From the NCBI GenBank assembly GCA_964388455.1, contig CAYMAN010000008.1, forward strand, positions 12,289-76,288: a DNA stretch of 64,000 nucleotides. Reading direction: 5' to 3'. The stretch comes from an uncultured Eubacteriales bacterium (lineage in GTDB: Bacteria > Actinomycetota > Coriobacteriia > Anaerosomatales > JAAXUF01). The translations under genes and the position numbers were made by a program. A model generated the notes under the pieces. That model searched no databases. It was not told the origin of the DNA and worked only from the letters and a program-made list of their open reading frames with translations. Positions 54,512-64,000 of the stretch are shown here, in pieces (within the stretch, counting starts at the first letter, position 1; every line of letters begins with the position of its first letter).

Positions 54512-55914
54512 TGTCGGCCAGGTCTGGTGAAGGACCGATGCTCGTTGTGGCCGGTTGCGCGCTCGTCGGCGTCACAATAGGGTATGCGGGCGTAGCGATT
54601 GCAGCGGCGCTCGCGGTCGCCGCCGTTGTCCTCTTGCTCGCGCGGCTTCTCGGCGCTTGGACGGTCCCAATCGCTGTCTTCTTGGTTGCGGCCGTGCCGA
54701 GCGGGACTTTCGCCGACCCCCATGTGTCGTTAGCAGCGGGTGGAGCATCCGTTCTGGTTACAGAGATCGCGGTGGTGGTGGCGCTAGTAGCTGCGGTCGT
54801 CTCGGTCGGCAGCGGGCGCGCTTCTAGCCGGCCCACAGCGAGGCTACTCTTCTGGTTGTGGGTTGCAGCCGTAGTGGTTGGTTGTGTAACCGGGCTGGTG
54901 CTCGAAAACAGTGCGTCCGCGCTTCTGCAGGACCTTCGGCCCCTGCTTGTCTATTCAGGGTTCCCAATCGCATGGGCTCTGTGCGATGAACGCACGTCCC
55001 AGCGAGTGGAATGGGCGCTCTTGCTAGGTTGCGCCACAGTCTCGGCATTCAGCCTAATCATCGTATCGACCGGCTTCATGGAGTCTACCTTCATGACCGA
55101 TTCGGGTAGGGTCTGGTTCCGCAACGGGGCGCTCTATCCACTCGTGATTCCCCTCGGGTTGCTAATGCTCAGGCGGGCGTCAGGAAGGGCGCAGAACGCC
55201 CTAATCGTCTTCGCATTGGCTCTGTCGTTGGCAGGTTGCGCGGCGTCGGGCACCCGATCGTACTGGGTTTCTACTGGGCTTGCGGTCGCGGTTCTAGTCA
55301 TGCCGCGGTTCGTTCAACTTCGTCGCAGGCATCAGCTTGCGCTAGCTGCAATCCTGGCGGCGGTCGTCGTGGCTGTGGCAATTCCGTCGCTGGCCACAGA
55401 TGTATCGACCCAGCGGAGTCTCGGTGCGACGCGGCTTGGAGCTAGGGTCGCGACGTTCGGAAACCTATCGGCGGATTCATCGCTCGGGACTCGATGGCGG
55501 AATTTCGTCATCACCAACAAGGTTCTGGCGGAGTCTCCGCTGTTCGGCAAAGGAATGGGTTCGAGAGTCGTACTCGTTGGGAGCGGGTGGCGTGTGTACA
55601 GCGCCGCCGGGCAGTATGTCGACAACGTGCCACAGACAGTCGCGTTGAAGACCGGTGCACTCGGCTTGCTGGCGATTGCGGCGCTGTGGTTCTACGCCGT
55701 TCTCAACGGCTGTGGACGGCGGCGGACGGCGGCGTCCGCCACACTGCGAACCGCCCTCATCTATGCGTCTCCGGGTCTCTTCGTGCTAGGGCTCACCTCC
55801 TCCTATCTCATGACATATTCGCCGGTATTCGCCCTTGCCGTGGTTGCCGGAATAGTGACTCGCAACGAGGCTGCGGAGGCAGGGCCCTGCGGAATACCGG
55901 GCGAGCTTTCATGA
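54508..55914 (+). CDS. O-antigen ligase/Wzy polymerase family membrane protein
   Basis: Multi-TM; SGTRSYW, S...RW, SPLFGKGMG and YVDN..KTGALG motifs. Confidence 0.8.
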   Translation: MMSARSGEGPMLVVAGCALVGVTIGYAGVAIAAALAVAAVVLLLARLLGAWTVPIAVFLVAAVPSGTFADPHVSLAAGGASVLVTEIAVVVALVAAVVSVGSGRASSRPTARLLFWLWVAAVVVGCVTGLVLENSASALLQDLRPLLVYSGFPIAWALCDERTSQRVEWALLLGCATVSAFSLIIVSTGFMESTFMTDSGRVWFRNGALYPLVIPLGLLMLRRASGRAQNALIVFALALSLAGCAASGTRSYWVSTGLAVAVLVMPRFVQLRRRHQLALAAILAAVVVAVAIPSLATDVSTQRSLGATRLGARVATFGNLSADSSLGTRWRNFVITNKVLAESPLFGKGMGSRVVLVGSGWRVYSAAGQYVDNVPQTVALKTGALGLLAIAALWFYAVLNGCGRRRTAASATLRTALIYASPGLFVLGLTSSYLMTYSPVFALAVVAGIVTRNEAAEAGPCGIPGELS

Positions 55915-57065
55915 CGCGTGTACTTTACTTGACGACCGGCGAGGGTCTAGGGGATGGTCTAATCGCGAGTCAGGTAGATCGACTACTTGATGCGCGAGCT
56001 CGCTGTGGCGATGAAATCCTGTGGGTCGCGCTGGTTCCTGTCCACAAACTTGTCCGGCAGACTGTGCCGCTTGGTTCCAAAGCCTATCGACGTATCATCA
56101 TTCCGATTCCGTCGCGTAATCTGTGGATCGACGTGAGCACCGTCGAGCGTCACGCCAAGGCCGTGGGACGCCTGATTAGGACTTTGGCTGGCCATAATTG
56201 GGACGTGATTCACTGCCGAAGCTACCCTGCGGGTCTGCTGGGACTTCGAATCCGCGACTGCATGAAGGGCGCACGACTCGTTTTTGACCCCCGCGGCATC
56301 TATCCCGAAGAGGCCGAAATCAGTGGCCCTGGCCGTGTTCGCCCCGAGTTCGTCACAACGTGGTCTGCCGCTGAGGCGGAGTTGTTGAACAGAGCCGATG
56401 GGGTCGTCTGCGTCTCCGATCGGATGCGTTTGCATTTCGAGTCCAAGCACCCAGCCTCAACGGCCCACAAGTGGGTTGTTCCGTGCTCCGGCGGGTCACG
56501 GCACTTTGTACCCCCCAGGGCGAGTGATTCTTCTGGTCCTGTGAGGATTTGCTACTGCGGTTCCATTGGTACTTGGACCGGGGCGTCCGACATTGCTGAC
56601 ATGTTTGCCCCTCTCGCCTCTGTGCTAGGCGACGTGCAGTTGACTGTCATCGGCGACGGTGACCCGAAGGCGCTGTGGGGAGAGATTGAGGCCAGAGGCG
56701 CCAAGGTAGTTGATGTGGTGGTGACCAGGGTGAGCCAGGAGCGCGTGTTCGACCTTCTCTGCAAGCAGACTTTGGGATTGCTGCCACGCAGCGATTCTTT
56801 GGCTAACCGCGTTTCCTGGCCTGCGAAGCTCAGCGAGTATTTGATGGCTGGCCTACCGGTTGCGGCGAACCTCGCCGAGTCGAATATCGCGGAAGTGCTG
56901 ACGCGGCACGAGGCCCTCGTCCTTGTGGAGAATGACCGTCTCTATATCCAAGACGGGGTGTCGTTGGGCAGCGACACCGTCCGGGCTGACCGAGCGATGC
57001 GTGCGGGGCGCTCCATGAGCGTGGATGCCGTCGCCCATGTTATGGGGAGCGTGTGGACATCTTGA
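55911..57065 (+). CDS. GT4-like glycosyltransferase
   Basis: SQV, IHCRSY, FDPRG..PEE, YCGS and PAKLSEYLMAGLPV motifs. Confidence 0.85.
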   Translation: MTRVLYLTTGEGLGDGLIASQVDRLLDARARCGDEILWVALVPVHKLVRQTVPLGSKAYRRIIIPIPSRNLWIDVSTVERHAKAVGRLIRTLAGHNWDVIHCRSYPAGLLGLRIRDCMKGARLVFDPRGIYPEEAEISGPGRVRPEFVTTWSAAEAELLNRADGVVCVSDRMRLHFESKHPASTAHKWVVPCSGGSRHFVPPRASDSSGPVRICYCGSIGTWTGASDIADMFAPLASVLGDVQLTVIGDGDPKALWGEIEARGAKVVDVVVTRVSQERVFDLLCKQTLGLLPRSDSLANRVSWPAKLSEYLMAGLPVAANLAESNIAEVLTRHEALVLVENDRLYIQDGVSLGSDTVRADRAMRAGRSMSVDAVAHVMGSVWTS

Positions 57066-58156
57066 GAGATGGATCGTTGCGTGTGCTAGCGCTGACAACA
57101 GCCGCTCAGAGTGAGCCCTGCAGCAGATTGCGGGTCTATCAGCACGCTGCGGCGCTGGAAGCGGACGGGACGACGTTGACGGTCGCGCCGTTCATGAACG
57201 AGGCACTCTATCACCGCAAGAATCGACGTGGTGCGACGGCCACGATCGTCAAGGCCACTCTTCTCCTCCTGTGCGTCATACGACGACTGGCCATGGTCTT
57301 GGTCATGCATCGCTACGACATACTACTGGTGCAAAAGGAGGCCTTTCCGTGGGGCGGGCCCTGGATTGAGCGACTCGCCAAACGCCGAGGGCTTGGACTG
57401 GTATTCGATATTGATGACGGGGTCTTTCTTCAGCACGCCATGTCGGGGGGATGGAGGCGAATCTGGTGGGACGCCGACCGTGTCCCGACACTTATGTCCA
57501 TGTCGGACCTAGTTGTTGTTGGGAGTGCCGCGCTTGCGGAGTACGCGCGCGAACACAGTGCGAACGTAGTTGTGCTGGGGACTTCGGTCCCCGACCGCTA
57601 CTTCGGTATTGCGGCCAACACCGACCTGTCGGATACGGTTCGCTTGGGCTGGATCGGAACTCAGACAAACCTGCATTATCTGCTGGATTTGTCTGATGTG
57701 TTTCGCCGGGTGTACGCCATGTGCCCATTCGAGCTGTGGGTGGTTGGCGGCCCGAACGTGGCCGACTTGGCGATCGAGGGGGTACCTGTAGTTACACGGT
57801 TATGGAGCGAGCACTCCGAGCGTGAGTGTCTAGACCGGATTGATATCGGACTCATGCCCCTGCCCGATGACGAATGGACCCGATTCAAGTGTGGCTACAA
57901 GTTGATTCAGTACATGGCTGCCGGCAAAGTCGGAGTCGCGTCTCCTGTGGGAGAGAATCAGAACTTGGTTGTCCACGGCGTGACGGGAATGCTGTGCGGC
58001 GGAGAGGATGAGTGGGTTGATTCACTAGTCGAACTGATTCGTGACACTGGACTCCGCAGCCGAATTGGCGCCGCTGGTCGCGCGAGTGTCGAACGTTTCA
58101 GGGCTTCGGCGGTTGGTCGCGAGTTAGCACACGCTATCTCCGGCGCTGTCCAGTAG
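57053..58156 (+). CDS. GT4 family glycosyltransferase
   Basis: SRLRVYQ, FDIDD, GWIG, DIGLMPL and KCGYKLIQYMAAG..VASPVG motifs. Confidence 0.9.
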   Translation: MDILRDGSLRVLALTTAAQSEPCSRLRVYQHAAALEADGTTLTVAPFMNEALYHRKNRRGATATIVKATLLLLCVIRRLAMVLVMHRYDILLVQKEAFPWGGPWIERLAKRRGLGLVFDIDDGVFLQHAMSGGWRRIWWDADRVPTLMSMSDLVVVGSAALAEYAREHSANVVVLGTSVPDRYFGIAANTDLSDTVRLGWIGTQTNLHYLLDLSDVFRRVYAMCPFELWVVGGPNVADLAIEGVPVVTRLWSEHSERECLDRIDIGLMPLPDDEWTRFKCGYKLIQYMAAGKVGVASPVGENQNLVVHGVTGMLCGGEDEWVDSLVELIRDTGLRSRIGAAGRASVERFRASAVGRELAHAISGAVQ

Positions 58157-58325
58157 CACCGTGGGAGATGGGCTGCAAGTGAATTGAGATCAGCTCGTCG
58201 GCCTAATCCGATTAGTGAGCTGCGGTGACGTCTCGGTGGCAGCGCGCGGGTCTCAGCCGTGGTACGCTGCAACGTGATTGCGCGTCCAACAGGCGCCATC
58301 AAGATTCAAGGAAGAGGCGAATCGT

Positions 58326-60995
58326 ATGACAGTGAGGTACGAGGTTTCTGCGGCCACAGCACTACTGTCCGGCGAAGGTACCCGCGTCCGGGTCGTGGCA
58401 GCTCAGCTGAAGTACCGCGCAGCCGTCGTATTGGCGGGCACCCTCCTCATGGCGCTAGTCCTGCCTCTTGCAGCGGCGCAGGCGCTTGTGTCCGGACAGC
58501 CGCTCAGCTCTGGATTCCCGCGACTCGGGGTGCAGTGGCCTGACCCGACTGCTCAGTCCTTGGACGCGATCGCCCAGTACGACTACATCCTGCTCCAGCC
58601 GGTCTTTCGCGGCTATGTGTCGGAGTTGAAGGCAAGGAATCCGGATGCCGTGATCATGACCTCGACCAACCCCTGTGAAATCGGGCTCGATACCTCGACG
58701 AGTCCCTCACCCGGGGCGAATGCGATGATCTCGCGGGTGCCCAACGCCTGGATACAGACGCAGTTGGGATCGAACCTCAGCGCGGCCGTAGACGCGGACG
58801 ACACAGTCTTCGAACTGCCCATGCCGAGCCGATTCCGTGTCAACGACGTGCTCGTCGTGGAGGACGAACTCGCCAAGGTCCTCTCGGTTGGCTCGACTTC
58901 AATCACGGTTCAGCGGGGGCTACTTCCCGCCCGTTCGCCGGCAGCAGTTCATGCGGCGGGTACGCGCGTCGCCCCCGTTGTGGTCTTCTGGCCGGGTTCC
59001 GTCGTGATGGACCTTAGTGACAAGTGCCCCAAGGCTCGGGGCGTAGGCTCCTTCCAAGACGAGACCTGGGGGGAATACAATGCGCGCGTCGGTGCGCAGC
59101 TCTTGGGAACCGCTGATTGGGACGGTGTCTTTATTGACAGGGCCGACGCAACTCCTTCAATGGTTGTCGGCGGACCCTTCGCGCGGTCAATCGACTACAA
59201 GAGGGACAATGCGACTACCCCCAGTGATTACGCGGCGCTCGATGCATCCTGGAAGGCGAATCTATTTACCTACGAATCTTCGATTAGGGGTGCCGCTGGT
59301 TCGAAGATAATCCTTACAAACAACGCGTATCCGAACTTCAGCTTGCTCAACGGGATGATATTTGAGGCGACTCCTCGGTTCTCGTGGAACGCACCCACAT
59401 GGACCGACCGGGTGTTCGGCACGCGGTCATTTGTGGACAGGTCGTATTCAGATTGGACCGCGAGGGCTCAGCAGCCGAATTTCACAACGATCCAGACGTT
59501 TGAGAGCGAGTTGACCCCGGTCAACGGTGGCTCACGTTTCGTCTGGCCTGCGGACGCGAAGCCCAACTATCGGAAGATGAGATTCGGTCTGGGCACGGCG
59601 CTTCTGAAGAACGGGTTTTTCAACTATGGGGCCAGCACCGCTGGTCACGCGGCGGGTGGGCTCTTCTGGTTTGACGAATTCGACAACAACGGGGCAGGCC
59701 GCGGATATCTGGGCGCTCCGACCGGTGTGGCAACTGAGGCTCCGCCACTGACAACGCGCGACTTGGTTTCTGGCGACGGGTCCTTCTCATCTCGCTCGCA
59801 GCTCGACAAGTGGCGCATATACGCTCCATATGGTTACAAGATCTCCAAGGCCACAAGTGGTGGTACGGCCGGCCTCGCGATAACTGCGGCGAGGGGTGGG
59901 ACGGATAACGCGACCTTCTATCACGATGTGTCTGTCAAGGCCGGGCAGGTCTATACCCTCAGCTTCAGGGCCAGGGCAAGCAAGAGCCTCTGGATCCGGG
60001 AGCGGGTTTCGGACAAGGCGTATCCATCGACTACCGTCTCGGACTTCATTCCTCTTAACCTCGGGACGTCATGGAAGCGCTACGAGATGTCTTTCGTCTC
60101 CAAGAAGACATATGATCACGCAGTGCTCGCCTTCGGCATCGGCGAGAAGCCTGCGACAATATGGTTTGATGACGTGAAGCTCCAGAGTGGCGCCCGTCTG
60201 AACGCGTATTCCCGCCAGTTCCAGCACGGCAAGGTTCTCGTGAATGCCAACGTGTATCCGGCGACCATGCCGCTCGGTGGAGTCTACCGGAAGATTAACG
60301 GTGACGAGGACCCGGCTATCAACAACGGTGCGTACGTCTCATCCGTTGTACTCGGAGCCCAAGACGGTCTCGTCCTTCTCAAGACACCCACACTGACCGT
60401 TCCCAGTGATAGCATTCTGGCCTACGGAAGCGGTACCAGCGTCTCAGGTTCGCTCAAGTCGACGGCGGGCGCGATGCTTCCTGGGCGCAAGATCGTGTTG
60501 AGGTCGTCACTCGATGGCAGGACGTGGCGGGATGTCGCGGTGACGACGACAACGGTAAGCGGGACGTATTCCTTCCCTGTGCGGCCGACTCGCAGCACCT
60601 TCTACATGAGCCGGTTCTACGGCGATGGTGTCAATCTCGAGGGCTTTAGCCGCGTGCTGCGCGTGAAGGTCAAGGTTCGTGTAAGCAATCCTTCGGCTGC
60701 GTCCACGATGTCGCGCACCAAGTCATACACTGTTAAGGGAACAATCAGCCCGCGTCACTCGTCGGGCAGCCACCCAGTGCGTATCTACAAGTACCGTCTC
60801 GTATCTGGGCGCTGGAAGAGCTACGGCTACACGACCGCGACCGCCTCCAACTACTCAAGTACCACGACGTCGAAACTCTCGGCTTCCGTGCGGCTTAAGT
60901 ACACCGGTAAGTGGCGGCTTCGCGCGTACCACCCCGAGGACACCTCGCACGCGGCCACGTGGTCGAGTGGCTACGACTACGTCAAGGTGTATTAG
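58326..60995 (+). CDS. Secreted modular putative glycoside hydrolase (GHL15-like barrel, CBM4/9-like insert, C-terminal Ig-like domains)
   Basis: Hydrophobic N-terminal signal; ELKARNPD, WDGVFID, LNGMIFE, MRFGLGTALL, WFDEFD...GYLGAP and RQFQHGKVLVN motifs; YTLSFRARA...WFDDV CBM signature; start codon uncertain. Confidence 0.7.
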   Translation: MTVRYEVSAATALLSGEGTRVRVVAAQLKYRAAVVLAGTLLMALVLPLAAAQALVSGQPLSSGFPRLGVQWPDPTAQSLDAIAQYDYILLQPVFRGYVSELKARNPDAVIMTSTNPCEIGLDTSTSPSPGANAMISRVPNAWIQTQLGSNLSAAVDADDTVFELPMPSRFRVNDVLVVEDELAKVLSVGSTSITVQRGLLPARSPAAVHAAGTRVAPVVVFWPGSVVMDLSDKCPKARGVGSFQDETWGEYNARVGAQLLGTADWDGVFIDRADATPSMVVGGPFARSIDYKRDNATTPSDYAALDASWKANLFTYESSIRGAAGSKIILTNNAYPNFSLLNGMIFEATPRFSWNAPTWTDRVFGTRSFVDRSYSDWTARAQQPNFTTIQTFESELTPVNGGSRFVWPADAKPNYRKMRFGLGTALLKNGFFNYGASTAGHAAGGLFWFDEFDNNGAGRGYLGAPTGVATEAPPLTTRDLVSGDGSFSSRSQLDKWRIYAPYGYKISKATSGGTAGLAITAARGGTDNATFYHDVSVKAGQVYTLSFRARASKSLWIRERVSDKAYPSTTVSDFIPLNLGTSWKRYEMSFVSKKTYDHAVLAFGIGEKPATIWFDDVKLQSGARLNAYSRQFQHGKVLVNANVYPATMPLGGVYRKINGDEDPAINNGAYVSSVVLGAQDGLVLLKTPTLTVPSDSILAYGSGTSVSGSLKSTAGAMLPGRKIVLRSSLDGRTWRDVAVTTTTVSGTYSFPVRPTRSTFYMSRFYGDGVNLEGFSRVLRVKVKVRVSNPSAASTMSRTKSYTVKGTISPRHSSGSHPVRIYKYRLVSGRWKSYGYTTATASNYSSTTTSKLSASVRLKYTGKWRLRAYHPEDTSHAATWSSGYDYVKVY

Positions 60996-61364
60996 AAGCG
61001 AGTCCCTCAGCATCAGGACATCACGCCGCGTATTCGGGCTGAGTTCGTCGCTCTGCGCCGCGTGCTCTGGAGCACGACATGCCGACGTGTCGCTTCCTTA
61101 GCTGACGGAGCTCGTGGTGCAAGAGGCCCCTCAGCATGCGTAGCGAGGTCGAGAACCGCAACCGTATGGCCGCCGAGTCAATGCGGAGTTGCCGGCCGAC
61201 GAGGGCAATGTACTGATGGCGCGCGACCACCAGACCTCCCTGTGCCGCGATGGAGCTAGCTATCGCTTCGATGCGTGGTCCCCGTTCCAAGCGTCGAGGT
61301 CTACCCTGCAGCCTCCGAAGAACAGATACCATAGTGTCCTCGCGACTGACGATTTGGGGGTCTC

Positions 61365-62240
61365 ATGAAGGGCATCATTCTAGCAGGGGGTGCGGGTACA
61401 CGCCTTCACCCAATCACGCACGGCACGTCCAAGCAGCTTCTTCCCATCTACGACAAGCCGATGGTCTACTACCCGCTGTCGATTCTCATGCTCGCCGGTA
61501 TTCGCGAGATTCTTCTGATTTCGACGCCGGTCGATCTCCCGTCCTTCGAACGCATGCTCGGTGACGGCTCTCAGTGGGGGATATCGCTGAGCTATGCCGA
61601 GCAGCCGCGCCCGGAGGGCTTGGCCCAGGCGTTCGTTCTCGGTAAAGAGTTTCTTGCGGGCGGCCCCGGATGCTTGGTGCTCGGTGACAACATCTTCTAC
61701 GGCACAGGTTTGTCCGGGATGCTGCGCGGCGCGCGTGGACAGGCAGAGTCAGGTGGCGCCGTCGTATTCGGCTACAAAGTTAACGATCCCGAACGGTATG
61801 GCGTGATCGAGTTTGACGAGGCGGGGACTGTGCTCTCGATTGAAGAGAAGCCAGCAAGTCCTCGATCTGACTATGCGGTAACCGGACTCTACTTCTACGA
61901 TGAGCGGGTCTGCGATCTAGCTGCGGGAGTCACCCCTTCTGATCGCGGCGAGCTGGAGATCACTGCGCTCAATAATCTCTACCTTGATGACGGATCGTTG
62001 AGCGTTCAGCTCATGGGTCGGGGTATGGCGTGGCTCGACACCGGAACCCCGGAGTCCCTGCTCGAGGCCGGTACGTTTGTGCAGACCATTGAGAAGCGAC
62101 AAGGTCTCAAGGTCGCGTGCCTTGAGGAGGTCGCTTACCGCATGGGATTCATCGGAGCGGAAGAGCTGAAGGCCGCCGCCGAGGGGACTACTTCGCAGTA
62201 CTACCAGTACCTGTTCCAGATACTTGAGGAGTCATCATGA
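61365..62240 (+). CDS. rmlA: Glucose-1-phosphate thymidylyltransferase
   Basis: [41 protein letters not shown] and WLDTGT motifs. Confidence 0.97.
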   Translation: MKGIILAGGAGTRLHPITHGTSKQLLPIYDKPMVYYPLSILMLAGIREILLISTPVDLPSFERMLGDGSQWGISLSYAEQPRPEGLAQAFVLGKEFLAGGPGCLVLGDNIFYGTGLSGMLRGARGQAESGGAVVFGYKVNDPERYGVIEFDEAGTVLSIEEKPASPRSDYAVTGLYFYDERVCDLAAGVTPSDRGELEITALNNLYLDDGSLSVQLMGRGMAWLDTGTPESLLEAGTFVQTIEKRQGLKVACLEEVAYRMGFIGAEELKAAAEGTTSQYYQYLFQILEESS

Positions 62241-62692
62241 TTGAAGGCGTCAAGCTCAAGAATCTCAAAGTGTTCCCCGACGAGCGCGGTCTGCTCATGG
62301 AGATGTTTCGTAGCGACGACCCTGACTTCCAGAAGTTCGGCCAAGTCTACGTGACCATGGTCTACCCGGGCGTGGTCAAGGCGTGGCACTACCACAAGCT
62401 GCAGATCGACCACTTCGTCTGCGTGGGAGGCATGGCCAAAGTCGTGCTGCACGACACGCGCGAAGGATCGGCCACCAAGGGCGAGACCAACGAGTTCGTC
62501 ATCGGCTGGCAGCGCCAGCGCATGGTAATCATCCCGCCAGGCGTCTACCACGGCTTCACGCCGGTCGGCACGGAACCGGCCTTTATCGTCAACGTGCCAA
62601 CAGAGCTCTACAACTACGACGAGCCCGATGAACACCGCCTGCCCGCCGACGACGCGTCGATCGGCTACGACTGGAGCGTGAAGAACGGATGA
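62237..62692 (+). CDS. rmlC: dTDP-4-dehydrorhamnose 3,5-epimerase family cupin
   Basis: DERG, KAWHYH and IPPGVYHGF motifs; between rmlA and rmlB. Confidence 0.88.
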   Translation: MIEGVKLKNLKVFPDERGLLMEMFRSDDPDFQKFGQVYVTMVYPGVVKAWHYHKLQIDHFVCVGGMAKVVLHDTREGSATKGETNEFVIGWQRQRMVIIPPGVYHGFTPVGTEPAFIVNVPTELYNYDEPDEHRLPADDASIGYDWSVKNG

Positions 62693-63711
62693 GGCTTCTT
62701 GTCTGCGGCGGTGCCGGGTTCATCGGCAGCGCCTTCGTGCGTCGCATGCTCGATAAGCATCGGGACTGGGAGATGGTCTGTCTCGACAAGCTGACTTACG
62801 CCGGCAACCTCGACAACCTGCTGCCCGTCGCTGAGAACCCGCGCTACAGCTTCGTGCGCGCCGACATCGGCGACCGCGCGGCCGTCGACGCAGCGATCGA
62901 CGCTGCTGGTGGCGTAGATGCGATAGTGAACTTCGCCGCCGAGACGCATGTGGACCGCTCCATCGCGGAGCCCGAGGCGTTCCTGCACACCGACATTCTG
63001 GGTACGCACACGCTGCTCGAGGTGGTGCGCGAACGTGGCATCAGCCGCATGGTGCAGGTCTCGACCGACGAGGTCTACGGCTCCATCGACGAGGGCAGCT
63101 TCTGCGAGACCGACCACGTGCGCCCGTCGAGCCCGTATTCGGCGAGCAAGGCCGGGGGAGACCTGCAGGTGCTGGCGTACTTCACCACCTATGGCACGCC
63201 CGTGATCATCACGCGCGGGTCCAACACATACGGACCCTACCAGTATCCCGAGAAGCTTATCCCGCTGTTCGTGACCAACGCGCTTGAGGGCGGCAACTTG
63301 CCGCTCTACGGTGACGGCCTCAACGTTCGGGACTGGTTGCACGTCGATGACCACGCGGACGGCATAGAAGCCGCGCTCTTGCACGGCACGCCCGGCGAGG
63401 TCTACAACATCGGCGGCGGCAACGAGCGCACCAACCGCGAGATCACCACGATCATCTTGGACGAACTCCACCTGGATTGGGACGCGACCGTCCAGCCCGT
63501 CACCGACCGTCCCGGTCACGACCGCCGCTACTCAATCAGCTGCGCCAAGGCCACCGAGCAGCTGGGTTGGCAGCCGACCGTCGAGTTCGAGGCCGGCCTG
63601 CGCCAGACAATCGCCTGGTATCGCGACAACGAGTGGTGGTGGGGCAAGATCAAGCACCACACCGAGGAGTTCGCCGACTGGACGAAGCGCTGGTATGACG
63701 AGCGAGCCTAG
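62689..63711 (+). CDS. rmlB: dTDP-glucose 4,6-dehydratase
   Basis: GGAGFIG, DKLTYAGN, AAETHVDRSI, STDEVYG, YSASKA and DRPGHDRRY motifs. Confidence 0.97.
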   Translation: MRLLVCGGAGFIGSAFVRRMLDKHRDWEMVCLDKLTYAGNLDNLLPVAENPRYSFVRADIGDRAAVDAAIDAAGGVDAIVNFAAETHVDRSIAEPEAFLHTDILGTHTLLEVVRERGISRMVQVSTDEVYGSIDEGSFCETDHVRPSSPYSASKAGGDLQVLAYFTTYGTPVIITRGSNTYGPYQYPEKLIPLFVTNALEGGNLPLYGDGLNVRDWLHVDDHADGIEAALLHGTPGEVYNIGGGNERTNREITTIILDELHLDWDATVQPVTDRPGHDRRYSISCAKATEQLGWQPTVEFEAGLRQTIAWYRDNEWWWGKIKHHTEEFADWTKRWYDERA

Positions 63712-64000
63712 CGCGTCTGCAGCGCCCGAGGTCCGACCGACCGCGTATCTCATCGCCGGCGCCGGCGGCATGCTGGGCACCGCGCTGCAGCGTGTGATGC
63801 GCGAGCGCGGCCTGCGCTTCGAGGCACCCGCGGAGCGCGAGCTCGACATCACCGACCCCGTCGCTGTCAGCTCGTGCGTCTCGGCGTTCGCGGCCTCGCT
63901 GGCGCCCGCCGAGCATGGCGTGCTCATCAACGCTGCCGCCTACACGAACGTCGAGGCCGCCGAGGAGCATGAGGACCTCGCTTTCCTGGTCAACGCTCAG
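63695..64000 (+). CDS. rmlD: dTDP-4-dehydrorhamnose reductase (3' end outside window; absent from the ORF track)
   Basis: Manual translation from ATG 63695: ...YLIAGAGGMLGTAL...ELDITD...INAAAYTNVEAAE...AFLVN. Confidence 0.9.
   Translation, partial: MTSEPSASAAPEVRPTAYLIAGAGGMLGTALQRVMRERGLRFEAPAERELDITDPVAVSSCVSAFAASLAPAEHGVLINAAAYTNVEAAEEHEDLAFLVNAQ

Noticed and set aside
60996-61364. 369-nt gap before rmlA as an ncRNA, small ORF or IS remnant
   Set aside because: No convincing ORF, terminal inverted repeats or recognisable RNA motif by eye; an Rfam scan would be needed.

Overview
This is a high-GC (roughly two-thirds GC by eye) bacterial chromosomal segment. It most resembles a monoderm Coriobacteriia-type actinomycete, an inference from gene content, CWB2 proteins and apparently leaderless genes. 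After the end of the F1Fo ATP synthase operon (atpD, atpC), murA and fabZ, about 60 kb is a single cell-envelope glycan and surface-protein super-locus. It contains: (i) a WbpA/B/D/E-type pathway for UDP-2,3-diacetamido-2,3-dideoxy-glucuronic acid directly abutting an LCP ligase gene; (ii) a cluster of secreted proteins, three with C. difficile-style cell-wall-binding-2 (CWB2) repeats (candidate S-layer/adhesin, L,D-transpeptidase, amidase), plus an M6 metalloprotease and a permuted SpoIID/LytB protein; (iii) a complete pseudaminic acid pathway (pseB,C,G,H,I plus an SpsF-type cytidylyltransferase) followed by an orphan GT-B protein that is a candidate Pse transferase, an SGNH protein and an AsnB-type amidotransferase; (iv) about 10 GT4-like glycosyltransferases with Wzx, ABC-type, Wzy/ligase and Wzz-like proteins; (v) punA-ahcY; (vi) a compositionally distinct second cassette (radical SAM/SPASM, GT-C, methyltransferase, Wzz-Wzx-Wzy, two GTs, modular glycoside hydrolase); and (vii) rmlA-C-B-D, truncated by the window end. 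I saw no rRNA, tRNA, CRISPR array or transposase. The most interesting signal is the apparent CWB2-anchored surface layer, coupled to a pseudaminic-acid/diacetamido-uronic-acid wall polymer, outside the Clostridia.
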